Shown here one piece after another: positions 13,076 to 27,210 of a stretch of DNA of 64,000 bases (within the stretch, counting starts at the first letter, position 1; every line of letters starts with the position of its first letter). The notes under the pieces were generated by a model. It had not been told where the DNA came from. It did not search any database and worked only from the letters and a program-made list of their open reading frames with translations. The stretch lies in NCBI RefSeq assembly GCF_009914755.1, contig NC_060928.1, one strand, 5' to 3'. The DNA is from the human T2T-CHM13v2.0 reference genome, Homo sapiens. A program made the translations under genes and the position numbers.

Positions 13076-14009
13076 TGTTGCTTCCATATCTCTAAAACTA
13101 ATGTTCCTGCCTGTTTCAGAGAACAGTTTGTATGGTCTTCAGAAAAACTCTTTTTACTATTTTTTTAGAAGCAACTGAATATTTTGGAGTGAGTAATATA
13201 ACATTGTTAGAAGTATTTGCTTGTACCGAGGAATGCCTGGAAACAAGGCGTATTTTGTGAAACAAGTACCATTACCATACTACTTAGCTCACTGAAGTTG
13301 AAACCCTTAATCTATATTATAGTGGCTGGAAAGAGCTAATATACTTTCAGAAGTGTATACATGATTTTCACAGAGTCATTTATCTATTGCAGAAATATAC
13401 TGATGTCCAAATGGGTTCTGGGAACTGCCAGTGACCCCCAAATTTTATCTTTCCAATACCTGTGGGTTGCAGATTTTTTAATCCTGTTAGACCAACGCTA
13501 ATAAGCAGCAGAAACTGAAACAAATGACTATCGATTGTTTGACTCAACCATACACATATAGTTCCCTCTATAACTGAATGTTTAATAGTAATAACCTATT
13601 AGAGTTTTAAATTTATTAAGCTGAAGTCATGATCAAGTACTTTACTAAATTTTAATCTTTAGATGCTCGTTTTGTGGTGTCCTTGCACCACTTTAATAAG
13701 AAACTGTATTATATTGACAAAAATCTTTCTATTTTGTTAAATTATCCATAGATTTTTATTTACTATGTATCAAGTCACTGCCACATTCTCTAAATTCTAT
13801 TTTTTTTAACTAAATGTCCTTGAAGGTTACTTTCATCACTGATATTTTAAATTTCTGTATTTTTTATTATTTTGCACGTTTTTATAACTGTGTATAAATT
13901 TCAGTTTTGTATAAAACTTTTTTGTAACTGTATTTATATATCTGAGTAAATGATAAATAAGAATAATCTCTCTATTTTAGAAATATTAAATATGGCACAA
14001 GTGGATATT

Positions 14010-14235
14010 CTATTTAATTTAACAAATAACATATTTGATGTCTACTATAAGTCAGGAATTCTGCTTGGCGCAGAGGGGAGACTGTTATAAACAAGTCAGA
14101 TGAGATCTTAGTCTTCACATAGCTTATGTTTTAGTAAGGACGGATAGAAAAAAACCCAACAAAATAATAACTCATTGTAATGTGTGCTATTGAGGAAATA
14201 AATAGGGCCCAGAGAGTGAACACAATGGAGCAGAG
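14010..14235 (-). mobile_element. L2 fragment
   Basis: tttaacaaataacatatttgatgtctactataagtcagg...tagcttatgttttagt. Confidence 0.6.
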
Positions 14236-15005
14236 TGTCCTACTGCATTTAAGGGCTCACACCATAAATTAAGCGAAACAGGTGCTTCTTTGCTGAATGC
14301 ACAGAAGACCATGCCTTGCTGCTCCATGGAAAATTTTATCTTCAAGTTTCTTCAGCCACTGAATATAGTTATTTTTCTGATGCTCATTAGGTTTTATTTT
14401 TTTCCAGCAGTTATACTGAAAATATTACTTTTTTCAGTACTGAGAAAAGGCAAAAAAAAAACTGTTTTTTTCTGCATAAGTATTGCTCACACTTTAAGAG
14501 ATGAGGGTTATATTTTTGAATAAATGCTTATTTGGAAGTCGAGAATACTAATTGCTATTCTTGGACCTGGCGTTTTAAGATACTGATTTTTGAACAAGTT
14601 ATTGAAGCTCCCTAGCTTTGTCTGAATTTATCATTGATATTTCTATAAGATTAGTTACTGTTTCCATTTAATAGGAGGAACTGTATAATTATATTCATTA
14701 TATTTTAACTGTGAAACATGCCATCAATGATAGAAACTGGACTTCAAGAGTTAAAGTTACCCTTAAAAAATTCACATTACCTGTAAGGCTTGTTTCTTGC
14801 AATTTATTCTAGCCTCATCTATTATTTATAAAGGTTGGCTAAACGTGCCTCCTGACTAAGAGTAAGCAGTCCTAATAAGGCTAGTTCATAATAATTAATT
14901 ATTAATATTATTAATAAAATGAAGAAGCTGGTTTGGTTTGGAGGGGCAGTAAGTTTCAGTGGTTTCAATTGATAGTCTTTTGTTGTATTTGTTGATTATG
15001 AGGTT

Positions 15006-15710
15006 GTAACATGCAAATATACTCTGACCTTCTCCAACTTTGCCCTTAGGAGCCTCCCATTTTCTTCACTTTCCTCTCATTAACTTGACTAAGCACCCTG
15101 TGACCATCAGATTTTAGCTCTGAGTCTGCTCGTCTAAACATTTCATAGAGTTGCTTGCTCTAGAATTCTGTGAACTGTATTTTGTAGACATCTTTTTTAA
15201 TCAGCTTACTGTTAATTTCTGCCAATGGAATGCAGAGAGGTAAACTGGAGGTGAGGGGAAGGGAACAAAAGTTTCTCTTTCAGCGTTTAGTGTCTGACAG
15301 TGTCCCTCATCAAAAGAGAACAGCCAACTCCAGCTCCACCATCCAGACTCTTTGGAGTTTCTTTGCTTTTGGCAGTTAGAATTACAGCTATTTACACCCC
15401 CTCCTCAGAGTTCTTTATGTGAAACTCATGATACTTTCACCACAAACCCTCTCCCTCTAGGTTCAAGCACTTTCCCTACACGATACCTTCTCCAAGCTCC
15501 TAGGTTCTGTACAACCGACTCTTCTTTTTGACATCACCAATCCTAGAGGTGGTGGCCTCTTCCTGCAGTTATTAATCTTTGCATAACCTCAGCATCTCCT
15601 TTATGTTTTTGGCTTTCTACTACCTGTATAAACAATTTTCAAGGTTAACTCATTTTCTTTTTTAAATACCTAATATTTCTGCTGCTTTTAAAATTAAATT
15701 TGGCCTGACA
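15006..15710 (+). mobile_element. old ERVL LTR (LTR41/LTR33-like)
   Basis: cctagaggtggtggcctcttcctgcagttattaatct...acctgtataaacaatt...aaatacctaa...ctgaca; tctgccaatgg motif. Confidence 0.6.
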
Positions 15711-16669
15711 AGGACATGTTTTTATGTCATGTTTTACTCAGCATGAGATCTTGATTAACATTTACCTGACTCAGATTAGTCCAAAGTGCACTAAAGCAAA
15801 AGTTATCTAATTTTTAACTAAAGATATACACTGTTTTAATTTAAATAAATATTTAATTTCAAATTTAAGAGAAACATGGAATACATGGTAACCAATTAAG
15901 ATGTATTCTTTCACATTAGAAACAAAATAATTACATTCTTGAAAATCAGAAAAGGTTTTGACCTCCAGGTCAGAATCATCAAATTCTTGTTTGAAACAAA
16001 GACATAGGAGCTTTAAGAATTCAGCATTGACCTGATTACTGTCCACTTTTACTCACAGGCTCCAGGATAGTTTTTAATCATCTCTCTTGAGTTCTCCAGC
16101 CCACTGAGCCAATTCCTTCTCACTACACCACAGAGTTTATAGAAGCCCATTAGCCACCTGAGAAGTTCACTTAGGACTTTTTCTGAAAGATCCACACTTG
16201 AATAATTTCTGTTAATATTTCTGAAATTTCTGGATTTAAGAATGAATGAACATTTGAGAAACTTGCAAACAGAAAAAAATAGTTGGGAAGAAAGAGAAGT
16301 CTGGCATTTCCTTTCTGCAATCCCTGCATCTGGAAGCTTTATATTACTGAGGACAGAACCAAAACTTAAGCGTGATAAACCCTGTCAATATGTGTTTCAT
16401 GAGTAAAGATGAAAAGCCATTTATAAACCTTCAAAAATTTAAAATGTATGCTGCCCATACACCTTCTCTAAAAAAGAATACTTGAGGAAATATTCCAGCC
16501 TACAGAAAACTGAACCAGAATAAAGTTGAGACAGGAGGTCACAAACACTGAATGCGGCTTGAGGATGACTAGGACATAAGTTTATGTTTGGAAACATGTT
16601 TCTTTAACTTTGCTAGGCATTAAGAGTAATAGTAAAGACTATGTAACTTGATAAGAATGTAAGTAAGTA

Positions 16670-17005
<336 letters not shown>

Positions 17006-17429
17006 TTATTTCTTATTGAGGCAAACTTAAGTTTAATGGTGTTTTAGCCACATTTTGGAGGGAAATATCTACCAAGTCAGAGGCAGACTGTAAAGCTAAG
17101 GCTTGTTATTTTTAATCTCTCAACTAGCATAGAGAGAAAACTGATACTGTCACTCAAGCAAGAAGTCTGCCATTTTTTCAGGCACTGTCATACAGGCCCA
17201 ACATCCAGATTTTGAACCTGAATCTGTAAGTACTTAGGAGTGTCCCCTTAACCACATTTGTGTTTCAGGATAAAAATATTCATTTTATGCCTTCTTAGGA
17301 GCTATGGGCCGCAATTAGCCCATAGCAATTTCTTGATACAAATATTAAATAGGAGAAATGAGTAATCAATAAGGCCTTTCGATTCAATATTAAAATACTA
17401 TACTGTGACATGTTGTAACAAGCTGGTTA

Positions 17430-17660
17430 GCAGCGCAGATGATAAAGAAGTATTTTATCTATTCAAATTCCAGGTCTACCTCATACCACCTGAGTTATCT
17501 CGGCAATCTACTATAGCTCTCTTCTCTTTATTTCCTTATATTTAAAGAAATTGTTTAATGATAGTTTCTAGCCTATAGAGTTATTGCAAGGATTAACTGA
17601 GGTATTGTACTCTCTTTATCAGGGGCTTAAAAGGTATTCTAAATGATAGCAAATATTAAA
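17430..17660 (+). mobile_element. MIR, degenerate
   Basis: ttcaaattccaggtctacc...tttccttatatttaaag...atagagttattgcaaggattaactgag. Confidence 0.6.
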
Positions 17661-18152
17661 GTTTGACATTATTTTTATGTCTCTATTTGATACCTATATA
17701 ATTGTTATATCTTTATATTATATATGTTTTACAGCTGTATAATGTATCTAAGTTTTTATATATAATGTACGCAAATAATTTTATATCTCTATAATGTAAT
17801 TTGTAATATTCAAAGAAATTTTCAAAGAAAGCAAAATAGGAATGGCACAATATTAGCAATAATAATAGAAATAAATTTTAGTATGGTGGCAGATAAGTTA
17901 TAAAATGCTAAATATGTTTTCTTTTTGTATAGTAGTAGCTATAAGCATATGTATAGTTATGTCTTCATAGTTTGATGTTGATATAAAAATATTTGTTGCT
18001 ATAACCACGAGTGGAATAAAAATACGTAAATAAAACATTCAGCTCAATAGACAAAAAGAAAATAAGAAATATGTGAACATATATTCACTCTATAAAGATG
18101 AACATTTCTCTCAAATGTATAAAATATAATCAATAATTGATTAACAATTGGC

Positions 18153-18196
18153 CACACACACACCCCCTCACACATACACACACACACAAACACACC
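18153..18196. repeat. imperfect (CA)n
   Basis: acacacacaccccctcacacatacacacacacacaaacacac. Confidence 0.8.
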
Positions 18197-18299
18197 TTTG
18201 TTTACTCTAAGTAGAAACCTAATTGATTGGGTTAATCCAACGTCAATGTGATAAAACGGTATTAGTAAAGCAAAATGAAAATTAGGTTTATAGGTGTTT

Positions 18300-19540
18300 C
18301 TATAAAGCAAAATAAACTCTAGATCAAGAAAGAAATGAAAGTATAAAATGCTGATTATTTACAGACTCTTCTTGTAACAAAAATCTAAAGAATGTAGGTT
18401 AAGCATTAGTCTAAGAAGCCTTCATAACTTTAAGTTATTCGAATACAAATGAATGAAACCTTCATCTCAAGAAGTTTGGGAAAAAAATAGAAAAATAGAA
18501 GGAAGGAATAATTGATTATTTTAGCAGGGAAAATGACTACCTTGGGAAAATACCAGTAAAAATACTATATATTGGATTTGTATATTTTCTTTAAGAATTT
18601 AGGGTAAAGCACCCAGAATCTTGGTTACACAGATGAAAAACAAAGAGAGAAAACATAAATTATGGCATTACAAATAATAAAGATAATGAAACTACAGCTT
18701 CAAAGAGAATGCATCATGTAAAGCAGGTTATTATAATTTTACATAAATGTTTTTGATAATAATAATAAACCTCAACTGGAAATTACTGAAGTTACTTAGC
18801 AAGATGGGGGAACACAGACTAATTTCCATGAATAAATTAAAATAATTATCAAAGGTATACATTTAAAAAACTGTAGTGGTCTCACAAATAAATTTTAGCA
18901 AACTGCAGGAAGTATTTTATAGAATATAAATATACAGAATAGTTATAAATTAAATTTATGAAATAAACATATAATTCACAGAGTTAGGAATAGGCTTGAC
19001 CTATTATTTTCAACCAAACTGATAAAGATTCCAAACCAAGAAGAAAAATATTATAGATCCCTATTGTAAATGTAAGTTGAGAGATCTCAAAAGTAATAGT
19101 TACACAATCACATGGAGTAACAAAAATAGACAATGGCCAATTAAATTTCAACATAGGAATAGAAGGATGATTCAACATTAAGAGTTTTATTCACATAGAT
19201 CACTGCATTAATGCATTATTCTAAAATATATAATAATATCAGTAAGTACTATAATACATTAGTTATATAAATAGTCTTTCCTGTTCTGAACAAAAGACAA
19301 CATTCTTAAATTATGCCTTAAGCATATTATCCATATTAAAATTAAAGGTATAATTCACTTCCTAAGAGTAAACACCATATTAAGAAATTGCAAACAATTC
19401 TCAGTGAAATTAAAAACAAAACAGGTTTTCTAACTATTTAAATTTATTTTCAGATTTTATCCAGTGTAATAAGGCAAGAAAAGAGAAAGTGCTGAATAGC
19501 ATGTGTAGAAAAAAAATTACATACAAATTTGGATGATGCT
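18300..19540 (+). mobile_element. ancient L1 (L1M) ORF2 relic
   Basis: ggaatagaaggatgattcaacattaagagttttattcacatagatcactgcattaat translates GIEG*FNIKSFIHIDHCIN, similar to L1 RT GMQGWFNIRKSINVIHHIN; A-rich sense strand. Confidence 0.7.
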
Positions 19541-20413
19541 AGTAAAAGATCTGTTATACTTACGTTCAGCTTGGTCTTCAATTCATCTTGGAAATGTTTC
19601 ACATAACCCAGTAATGTTTTGTCACATTCTGCTGAGGAGATAATGCTAATCTTTTGTGTGCTCCTTAAACTCCCCTGTCATCACCTTCAAGAAACAAAAT
19701 CACTGTATTCTATCAGAAAAGAAAATATAATTATGTGGAAACTACTTCAACTGATTTCCTTTTTACATAATTTGCTTTTATCTAAGATCATCCTTTTCAC
19801 CTTTTCCCCCAACACAGTGGAAGAAATCTCATTTTTAATTCAATGTTAATAAGTTTCTGAAATAGGGATTCAGATAGTTGTATTAAGATGAAAAACTAAA
19901 ACTAAATATGTTTATACACCACACTTAGAGAATATGATTGATAGAGCAAGGATACAAGAGGTAGCTGGAGAAGATGAAATACAATCAAGAGAAGGTTCTA
20001 TGAAAATTCTTTCCTGGTAGCCCCCAAACTAGAATTAGAAACTTCACTACCATTCTCCCATAGTACCCTATGCCTTTTTTTTATCATGTGGGTGGTTATT
20101 TTTATATTATAATATTGTGTTATGTTTCTTGTTCAGTATTTTAAAATTTCCCTAAAAGATCATCCTATGCTAATAGATTCATTCATTATTTTATTTATAT
20201 AAATTCATATATTTACTCTACCCTTACCGTGTATTATGCACTGTATTGAAAGGTGGAGATTTGATGGTAGGAAACAAAATAAATGACCTCATTCAATAAG
20301 TCTGCATTTCTCATAAAAAAAAAAAGAGTGAAGTTAGTCAATTGCTTACATGAATAAATGTAAAGTTCTAGGCAGATTGAAGAGGAAATAAACAAAGTAT
20401 GTAATGTTGAAAG

Positions 20414-20777
20414 TGCTATGGTCTGAATGTTTGTGTTTCTTCAAATGTGTAAGTTGAATCTATCAATATGATATTAGGAGGTGTGTCCTTTGGGAAGAAG
20501 ATGATTAGATCACTAGGTTAGAACCCTTGTGAAAGAGATTAGTGCCTTTATAAAAAAGATTTCAGAGAGCCACCTGGTCTCTTTTTATCATGTAAGGACA
20601 CAGGGAAAAAGCACCACCTATGAACAAGGAAACAAGCCCTCAACAGACACTGGATTCATTGGTGCCTTCATTTTGGACTTCACAGCCTTTAGAACTGTGA
20701 CAAATAAGTTTCCGTTGTTTATAAGCCATCCAATCTATGGTATTGTGTTATAGCAACCTAAACTCACTTAAAAGACA
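20414..20777 (+). mobile_element. MLT1A-type MaLR solo LTR
   Basis: tgctatggtctgaatgtttgtg...gattagtgcctttataaaa...ttggacttcacagcctttagaactgtga...ggtattgtgttatagca...aagaca. Confidence 0.9.
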
Positions 20778-20959
20778 AGAAATTATAATGGAAATATCTG
20801 TATTCAGTCCTGGAGGGTAGGAAATATAACTCTAAAATGATATATGAAGTGAGATCTTAAGAACTACTAGGATTTAATTGGGCATTCATAATAGGTAATC
20901 ATAAAATGTACTCATGGCTGCCAAATAAGTATTTGTTAAATTTTCTATTGTAAGTGGAA

Positions 20960-20983
20960 AATCACATAGGATCCTATGTGATT
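20960..20983. repeat. perfect 24-bp palindrome
   Basis: AATCACATAGGA|TCCTATGTGATT with no spacer. Confidence 0.97.
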
Positions 20984-23900
20984 GCTTGGCTCTTATTTAC
21001 AACACTAAAGATATAATAAAAATCATGTAATTAAATAATTCCCAAATTAACCATCTAATTATCAGTCTGTGTTCTATATAAACTAATCAATACTACTTTT
21101 TCCACTGGGCACTCATATTACTCCTATTCAGGTAGTTACAAAGAGAATCACAGCACAGACAACAGGTAGTCAATAAACATTACATAAATTCATGAATTAA
21201 GAAAATATATATAGTATATTCTTAAAATAATTAAATATAATTACTTTAACAAAAATAAAGGGAGCTAAAGAAATTCAGAACCCTGAACAGCCTTCCAATT
21301 GTGATGCACACTGGATTCTTCCTTTATCACCTGTAAGCTACAGGCAAGGCCCAGTTAGTACTATTTCTCATACTAATATAAAGCTCACATCATATCTCTC
21401 ACTTGTCATCTTGGCTTGCACAGTTTCTAGAGTGAGGAGACCAATATGGTCTTTGGAATCAGCAGGCTCCCCTCCTTGGAACAGAGGAATTAAATATCAA
21501 CCAAAAACCTATAAAATGATTTGTTAAGAAGTCTGTGTGTGTGTATTTATTTATTTAATATCATCAAAATCTTAAAGAGATATCTGGCATCTCTGAGATA
21601 TAAAATACAAGAGGGAGAGAGCTTACTGTTTACAAACATACATTAACTTTATGCTTAAACTCAACGTATACTACAGTGTAGTGAGTAATGGAATGTCACA
21701 GCGGATCCAATTTAGATGATATAAAGCCTCTTTACTAATTAGTCATAGCAGTATTCCTTCCTACCTCCCCCTGAACATTTATTCAAATATTCTTCAGAGA
21801 GTAGAAGCAAGCTGTGATACAGTGGAAGCCGATATAGAAGGAACAAACTTATTCACACTTTACTATTCCATTAGGTCTTTAAACACAGCTGATGAGGTAT
21901 TTGGTAATTTCCACTTAACAATGGCAAACAAAATAAGCAGCTGCACCTCAGATCTCATTAGCACCAGTATTCTCAGTACATAGTGACAGAAAAAGCATCA
22001 TGTTACCTTCAAATTCATTTTTTTGTCAGTTAAAATTCATGCCTCTAATCCCCTTACTGGATCGCTGCTTGTTGAAAAGTGGCATCATTTACAATCCTGA
22101 CAGCAGGGGATTGGGGTGCCAGGAACTGCAAATGTGTTGTCATCTGACTTCAGCAATGGGTTAGGAATCCAAAGAATAGTGCAACATATTTTCGACAAGG
22201 AAAAGTCCCTTAAAAAGAAAAAAGCAAAACAACAGCAGCACAGATTAGAATGGAAGTGAAACTTGTTTAAGGCCTCTGATGAAGAGCTTTTCATCTATCC
22301 TTTCCTATTTTACCTTTCTTGTTTATTTCTCCAAATAATATTTTAACTGCTTTCTCCCTCTTCATTCCAACAACTATTTTTGCTAAATCCATCCATCCAC
22401 AATAGAAGGCTTCAAATAAAGATTCATTATTAAATTTTGCCTGAATTTAGTACTTTCCAAGTGCTTATTAATCTAAAGATATATATTTTTTTACATATGG
22501 TGATTATCTAAGAAAAAATTGTCAAGGGCTTTGAAATCCAAACCTGCTATCTCCTCCAACGCTACACATAGGTAAAATCAATGTGTTAATTAATAGATTC
22601 TTTAAAATATAAGTAGAAATATGAATTCTAGACCTTATTCCCTATACGTTTAAAGGTGAGAAAGGTATTCAAAATTTCTACCTCTCCTCAACTTTCTTCA
22701 GAATTATTCTTCTCTATTTACACTAATTAGATGAGGAGAAAGAATAATTAATTGATTGTTCAGCTTCCTAGACATTGACAGGCCCAGCTTCCGAGTAGGT
22801 ACAGACATTGTGGCCCAGCCAATTTACATTCTCTATAGACTCTTGTCCTTCCGCAGATTTGGATGGATGGTTATAAGATTCGGGATCTGTCTTGGGTGGG
22901 AGAAAAGTGCACGTGTTCCCACCTACTTAATCAGAGTTTCCTACATTGGAGATTTTGGCTTTGCTTTTTTAATTTTTTTATTTGTTGTTATTGCATTTTA
23001 AGTGAATAATTCTGTATGGAACAGTGGTGGTGATATGAGTCAGAATTCAGGTATGTCTGCATCTATTAGCCAAATATAAAGGAACATCCCTAACATCTTG
23101 GATTAGCTTCTACTCTGGCAGACTCTTTTAAAACATTGATAAAACTAAGTCTATAAACTAAGGCATGCAAAATAATATTACAAACCCAACTTGGTTTTTA
23201 AAATTTAGAATTACCCTTACTACTGAGTTGAGAATATTTAATTCCTACCAATATAAATATTTTCTAGCATCATAGTGGAGATACAAATTCTAATACTATA
23301 TAAGACAACAAGGTGTTTTGAGGAGGATGGGGGAACCATTGGTCCTTAGCTATACATTGAGGTTTCATACTCTTATTCTTCCACCTACATTACCATTGGT
23401 ATCTCCTGGGCAGATCTTTCTTGTCTAGTAACTCTCTTAGGTATTTCTTTTCTATACATGAGAGTTACTTTCATATACATATTGGGGCTTAAATCCAAGG
23501 CTTTTAAAAGCTCAACTTGCCCTGAATTACTGGGACAGATGTTCCTTTTCTGGGACCCTACCATACAGAGCCTCTTTCTCAAATCAGCCTCTGATTTCAT
23601 ACATTTCTCCACCTCATAACCTGTTGCAAGCCCAAGGAATTATTTGTTAGCCTGGAACAGAATTGTCTCTTACTCATAAAATGCCATTTCCTCCATGCAT
23701 TTTATTTATGTCCTCAATCTTTGTTGACTCCCTAAATATTTAGGTATATGTAAACCTCTTACATTCTCTTTCTAAAGGCAATTTATATGGAAACTCTTAT
23801 TTCTTGAATTAAAGGTGGGATGTTATGGGAGAGAAAAGAGGGGAATAACAAAGAGAGAAGAAAAATAGTTGATGTTTAAGAAACACCTGGCTATGCTCTG

Positions 23901-24439
23901 CCTGTTATATGGCCAGCTATAATTCAAGCAATAGTCACCAGTCACTGAATGATGAAAAAACCAATCATTGGGTGAATGGGAAGTCAGTACAATGTTTGCT
24001 TATTTTGAAAAAAAGGAAAAACTTTGCATATTATTTTTTTTCTAAGTTTGTAGCATTTCTAGTTGTCACTGAACTCAAAATATTATTTCTTTGCTATTCG
24101 TGCCTAACTTTCTGTTAGAGTGATTTAACTTGGAATTGGTGAACAAAAATTAGGTAATTCATGAATTAGAGAGGAAAATATTAGTTATATCTATATTTTT
24201 ACTAACATTCAACTGAAATCAATATTCTCTCGCACTATGAATATCAATAACAGACTACAGTGATATTAATAGATATGAATTTTTAACCTACATAAATTAC
24301 AATTATATTCATATACTATTACATTGATGTAAAAAACCTTAAAATATGTTTTCACTTATTATTATAAAATTTCAGTAAGTTCCAGAACTATGACTAGATA
24401 TTGTTTTTCATTACATTGGTAAAGAAGCACATATATTAT

Positions 24440-24622
24440 TCTGTCTCCCTGAATTTTGGGTTTAAATGTCTTGATAACTAAATTTCATTATAACTGATTT
24501 CCTTTGTAATTGCATGAAATTTATTTTTTTCATTTAAAAACATTACTTGAAGAAGGACTGCATAATCTTTACCAGACAGCCAGAGGACAACCTGACACAC
24601 TCAGATGTTATGAGCACCACAT
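24440..24622. mobile_element. hAT-Charlie MITE fragment (Charlie4z-like)
   Basis: tttcctttgtaat...catttaaaaacattac...ttaccagacagccagagg resembles the recalled Charlie terminal region. Confidence 0.5.
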
Positions 24623-26220
24623 GTGGCTAAAGTTTCTGACAAAGCTAGAAATATTTCTATATCACCCACATCACTAGCAGAGCAAGATTATGACCTCTCC
24701 ACTAAAAACTCTGGGAAGCTGGTTTTAATTAATGAGTAGATGCTTTTTGACCCTTGGTTTGAAATTTGCTCATTTGTAAACATGACTAAACAAAAGAAGC
24801 AATAGTGTAATGCCTACTTATATTTATTTTTACCAAAATTAAGAAATAAATTAAGCTTTGCTAATCTTCAATGAATGGAGAAAAGCTGGTGCTTTCACCA
24901 GATCCACATCTCTCTGGCAGTCACTTGTCACTTACAATGTGGAAGTATTTCCTAAGGAAGTTTGAGTAAGTTTTAAAGGTTAATGATGGTGGATTCATTA
25001 TTTTTTCACTAGCAGAAAATTTCAACTGTATTTTGTATAAGATTTCTCTAGTATGGCTAAATATTATTTGGAAATAATTAAATAGTAAATTCTACAATAA
25101 TTGGTAATGTAATGGGATTGAGTTTAAAAAGGAGTCACTCATTGTTCTTTGCAAAGAGATAAGTACATGACTCAAATTTGATAACCTTTTCTGTGATGTC
25201 AGTAGTTTGCTACCAAGCAGATATATTCAAAAATAATAAAGCTACTTAATCTGTCATTTCAACAAAGGTTGCATTTTAATACCAAGGGGTAAAATGATTG
25301 CTTTTCTAAGGGAAGTTTTGGTATAGAGAGAAGTTTAAAAGAAGATGGTTGAAAATTTGTTCATATTTATGTGACTTTGTTGCCACAATGTCTCCTATAT
25401 TACAGTTTTAAAACGCTGAAACAATATTTAGAAGCTACACAGCTTCTAATTAAAATATTTTCAATTTGTAACTTTTGGTAAAAATATAAATATGCAACAT
25501 CTTAGTTTGAAAGAACTGTCCAGTATCAGGGAAATGAAAATTTACTCTCTGTAGTTCAACAAAAATCTATGTAATTGGAATATGAGATCAAAATTTATAA
25601 TAGTTTAATAACTGCTATCGATTATGCATTTTTTCATTTTTATATATGGATTTTTGTTATTCTATCATAGTCATTAATTACAAATATTATACAAAAATAA
25701 GCAACTATGCACAATATTTCTAAATTTATGTATTACCAATAGGTAAACTCAAATTTTCAAAAATTGTGAGGTAATCAAAGACCTTCTCTCAACAGAAATA
25801 TTAATATTCACTTTAGTGAAACCAAATGTTTTGTACCATTAAAACATAATTAATGATTTTATATCATATATTTAACCCCTTTAACTTTTTATGTTTAATG
25901 TAATTCCGTATACCCCTATTATATTAGTTTGGTGGTATATATATGTACAACTTCAAAAAGTTAACATACATTCAATGAGTAAACATACATTGAGATTTAA
26001 AATTTAAAATATTTTCATGAATATAGTGCATAATCCAGAAATCTGACACATCACTGGAATAAACATGTAAGAATTTCCACAAATAATATTTATTTAATAC
26101 TCTGTGATAGAATATTTTTAAAAATTCATTTACTGTTACATTGACTGATTTCCTTTACATACCCTAAGTGGTCATTTGGAAACCATTTCCTCCTGAAAGT
26201 CACTTAAAAATGGCTTTTAT

Positions 26221-26531
26221 GGCTGGATGCAGAGGTCCATGCCAGTAATCCCAACACTTCGGGAGGCCGAGGGAGGTGGGAGGACAACCTGAGGTTAGGA
26301 GTTAGAGACCAGCCTGATCAACATGGTGAAACCCTGTCTCTACTAAAAACGCAAAAATTAGCCAGGCATGGTGGTGAGTGCCTGTAATCCCAGCTACTTG
26401 GGTGGCTGAGGCAGGAGAATCACTTGAACCCGGGAGGCGGATCTTCAAGTGAATCAAGATCTGAGATTGGGCCACTGCACTCCAGCCTGGGTGACAGAGA
26501 AAGACTCTGTCTCAAAAAAAAAAAAAAAAAA
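26221..26531 (+). mobile_element. AluSx-like
   Basis: acctgaggttaggagttagagaccagcctgatcaacatggtgaaacc; A tail. Confidence 0.95.
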
Positions 26532-26714
26532 TTTTTACTAGCAAGGCTATTTGTTTTATGTTTCAAATATTTCATGAGTTCTTGTCATTATGGGGATATT
26601 TTGCATATTTTGCACGGTCTGTGTTACATGCCACGGAGGTTCTCTTGTATGTAAGTGTGATCTCCTAAGTGGCTATTTTAGCTACCCATGGAGATTTTTA
26701 CTAACTTTAGAGAT

Positions 26715-27210
26715 TCTGTCTCATCCCATCACCACAATTAATGCCTTAGGTCTGGCTATTAAGATCTTGGGCCCAGATTACTGCCAGAATGTTCTAACCA
26801 TTGTCAATATCCATCATTGTAGGCTTTGAAAAGTGCTACCGGAATATATTCAACAAGTAACTCCATACTTAAACCTCTTCAACGACTTTTCCTCACCTTC
26901 AAAATAAAATCCCACCTCATTAGCCTGAGACAAAGCTTCCTCATGGCAGGGCTCTGGTCCCCGAGCCTCTGTTGGACCTTCTGCACTCCCACATGTGTGC
27001 CACATTGTCACCACATTGTTGCGCACGCAGTTTCCTCTGCTGCCAACCTCATTTTCCATCCAAATGACATCTAATGGCTTCTTTCTGAATCTAGAATCTT
27101 ATCTTCTTACACATCTGACAGTCATTCCTCCTCTGTTTCATTTCATTTGGTTAAGCTCATCTCATTTATTGTATTTTAAAATAAGTTCTATTGTTGGCAG
27201 GAACACCTAG
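26715..27210 (+). mobile_element. L2 fragment
   Basis: cccagattactgc, cttaaacctcttcaacgact, aaataaaatcccacctcattagcctg, gcagtttcctctgc. Confidence 0.6.
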
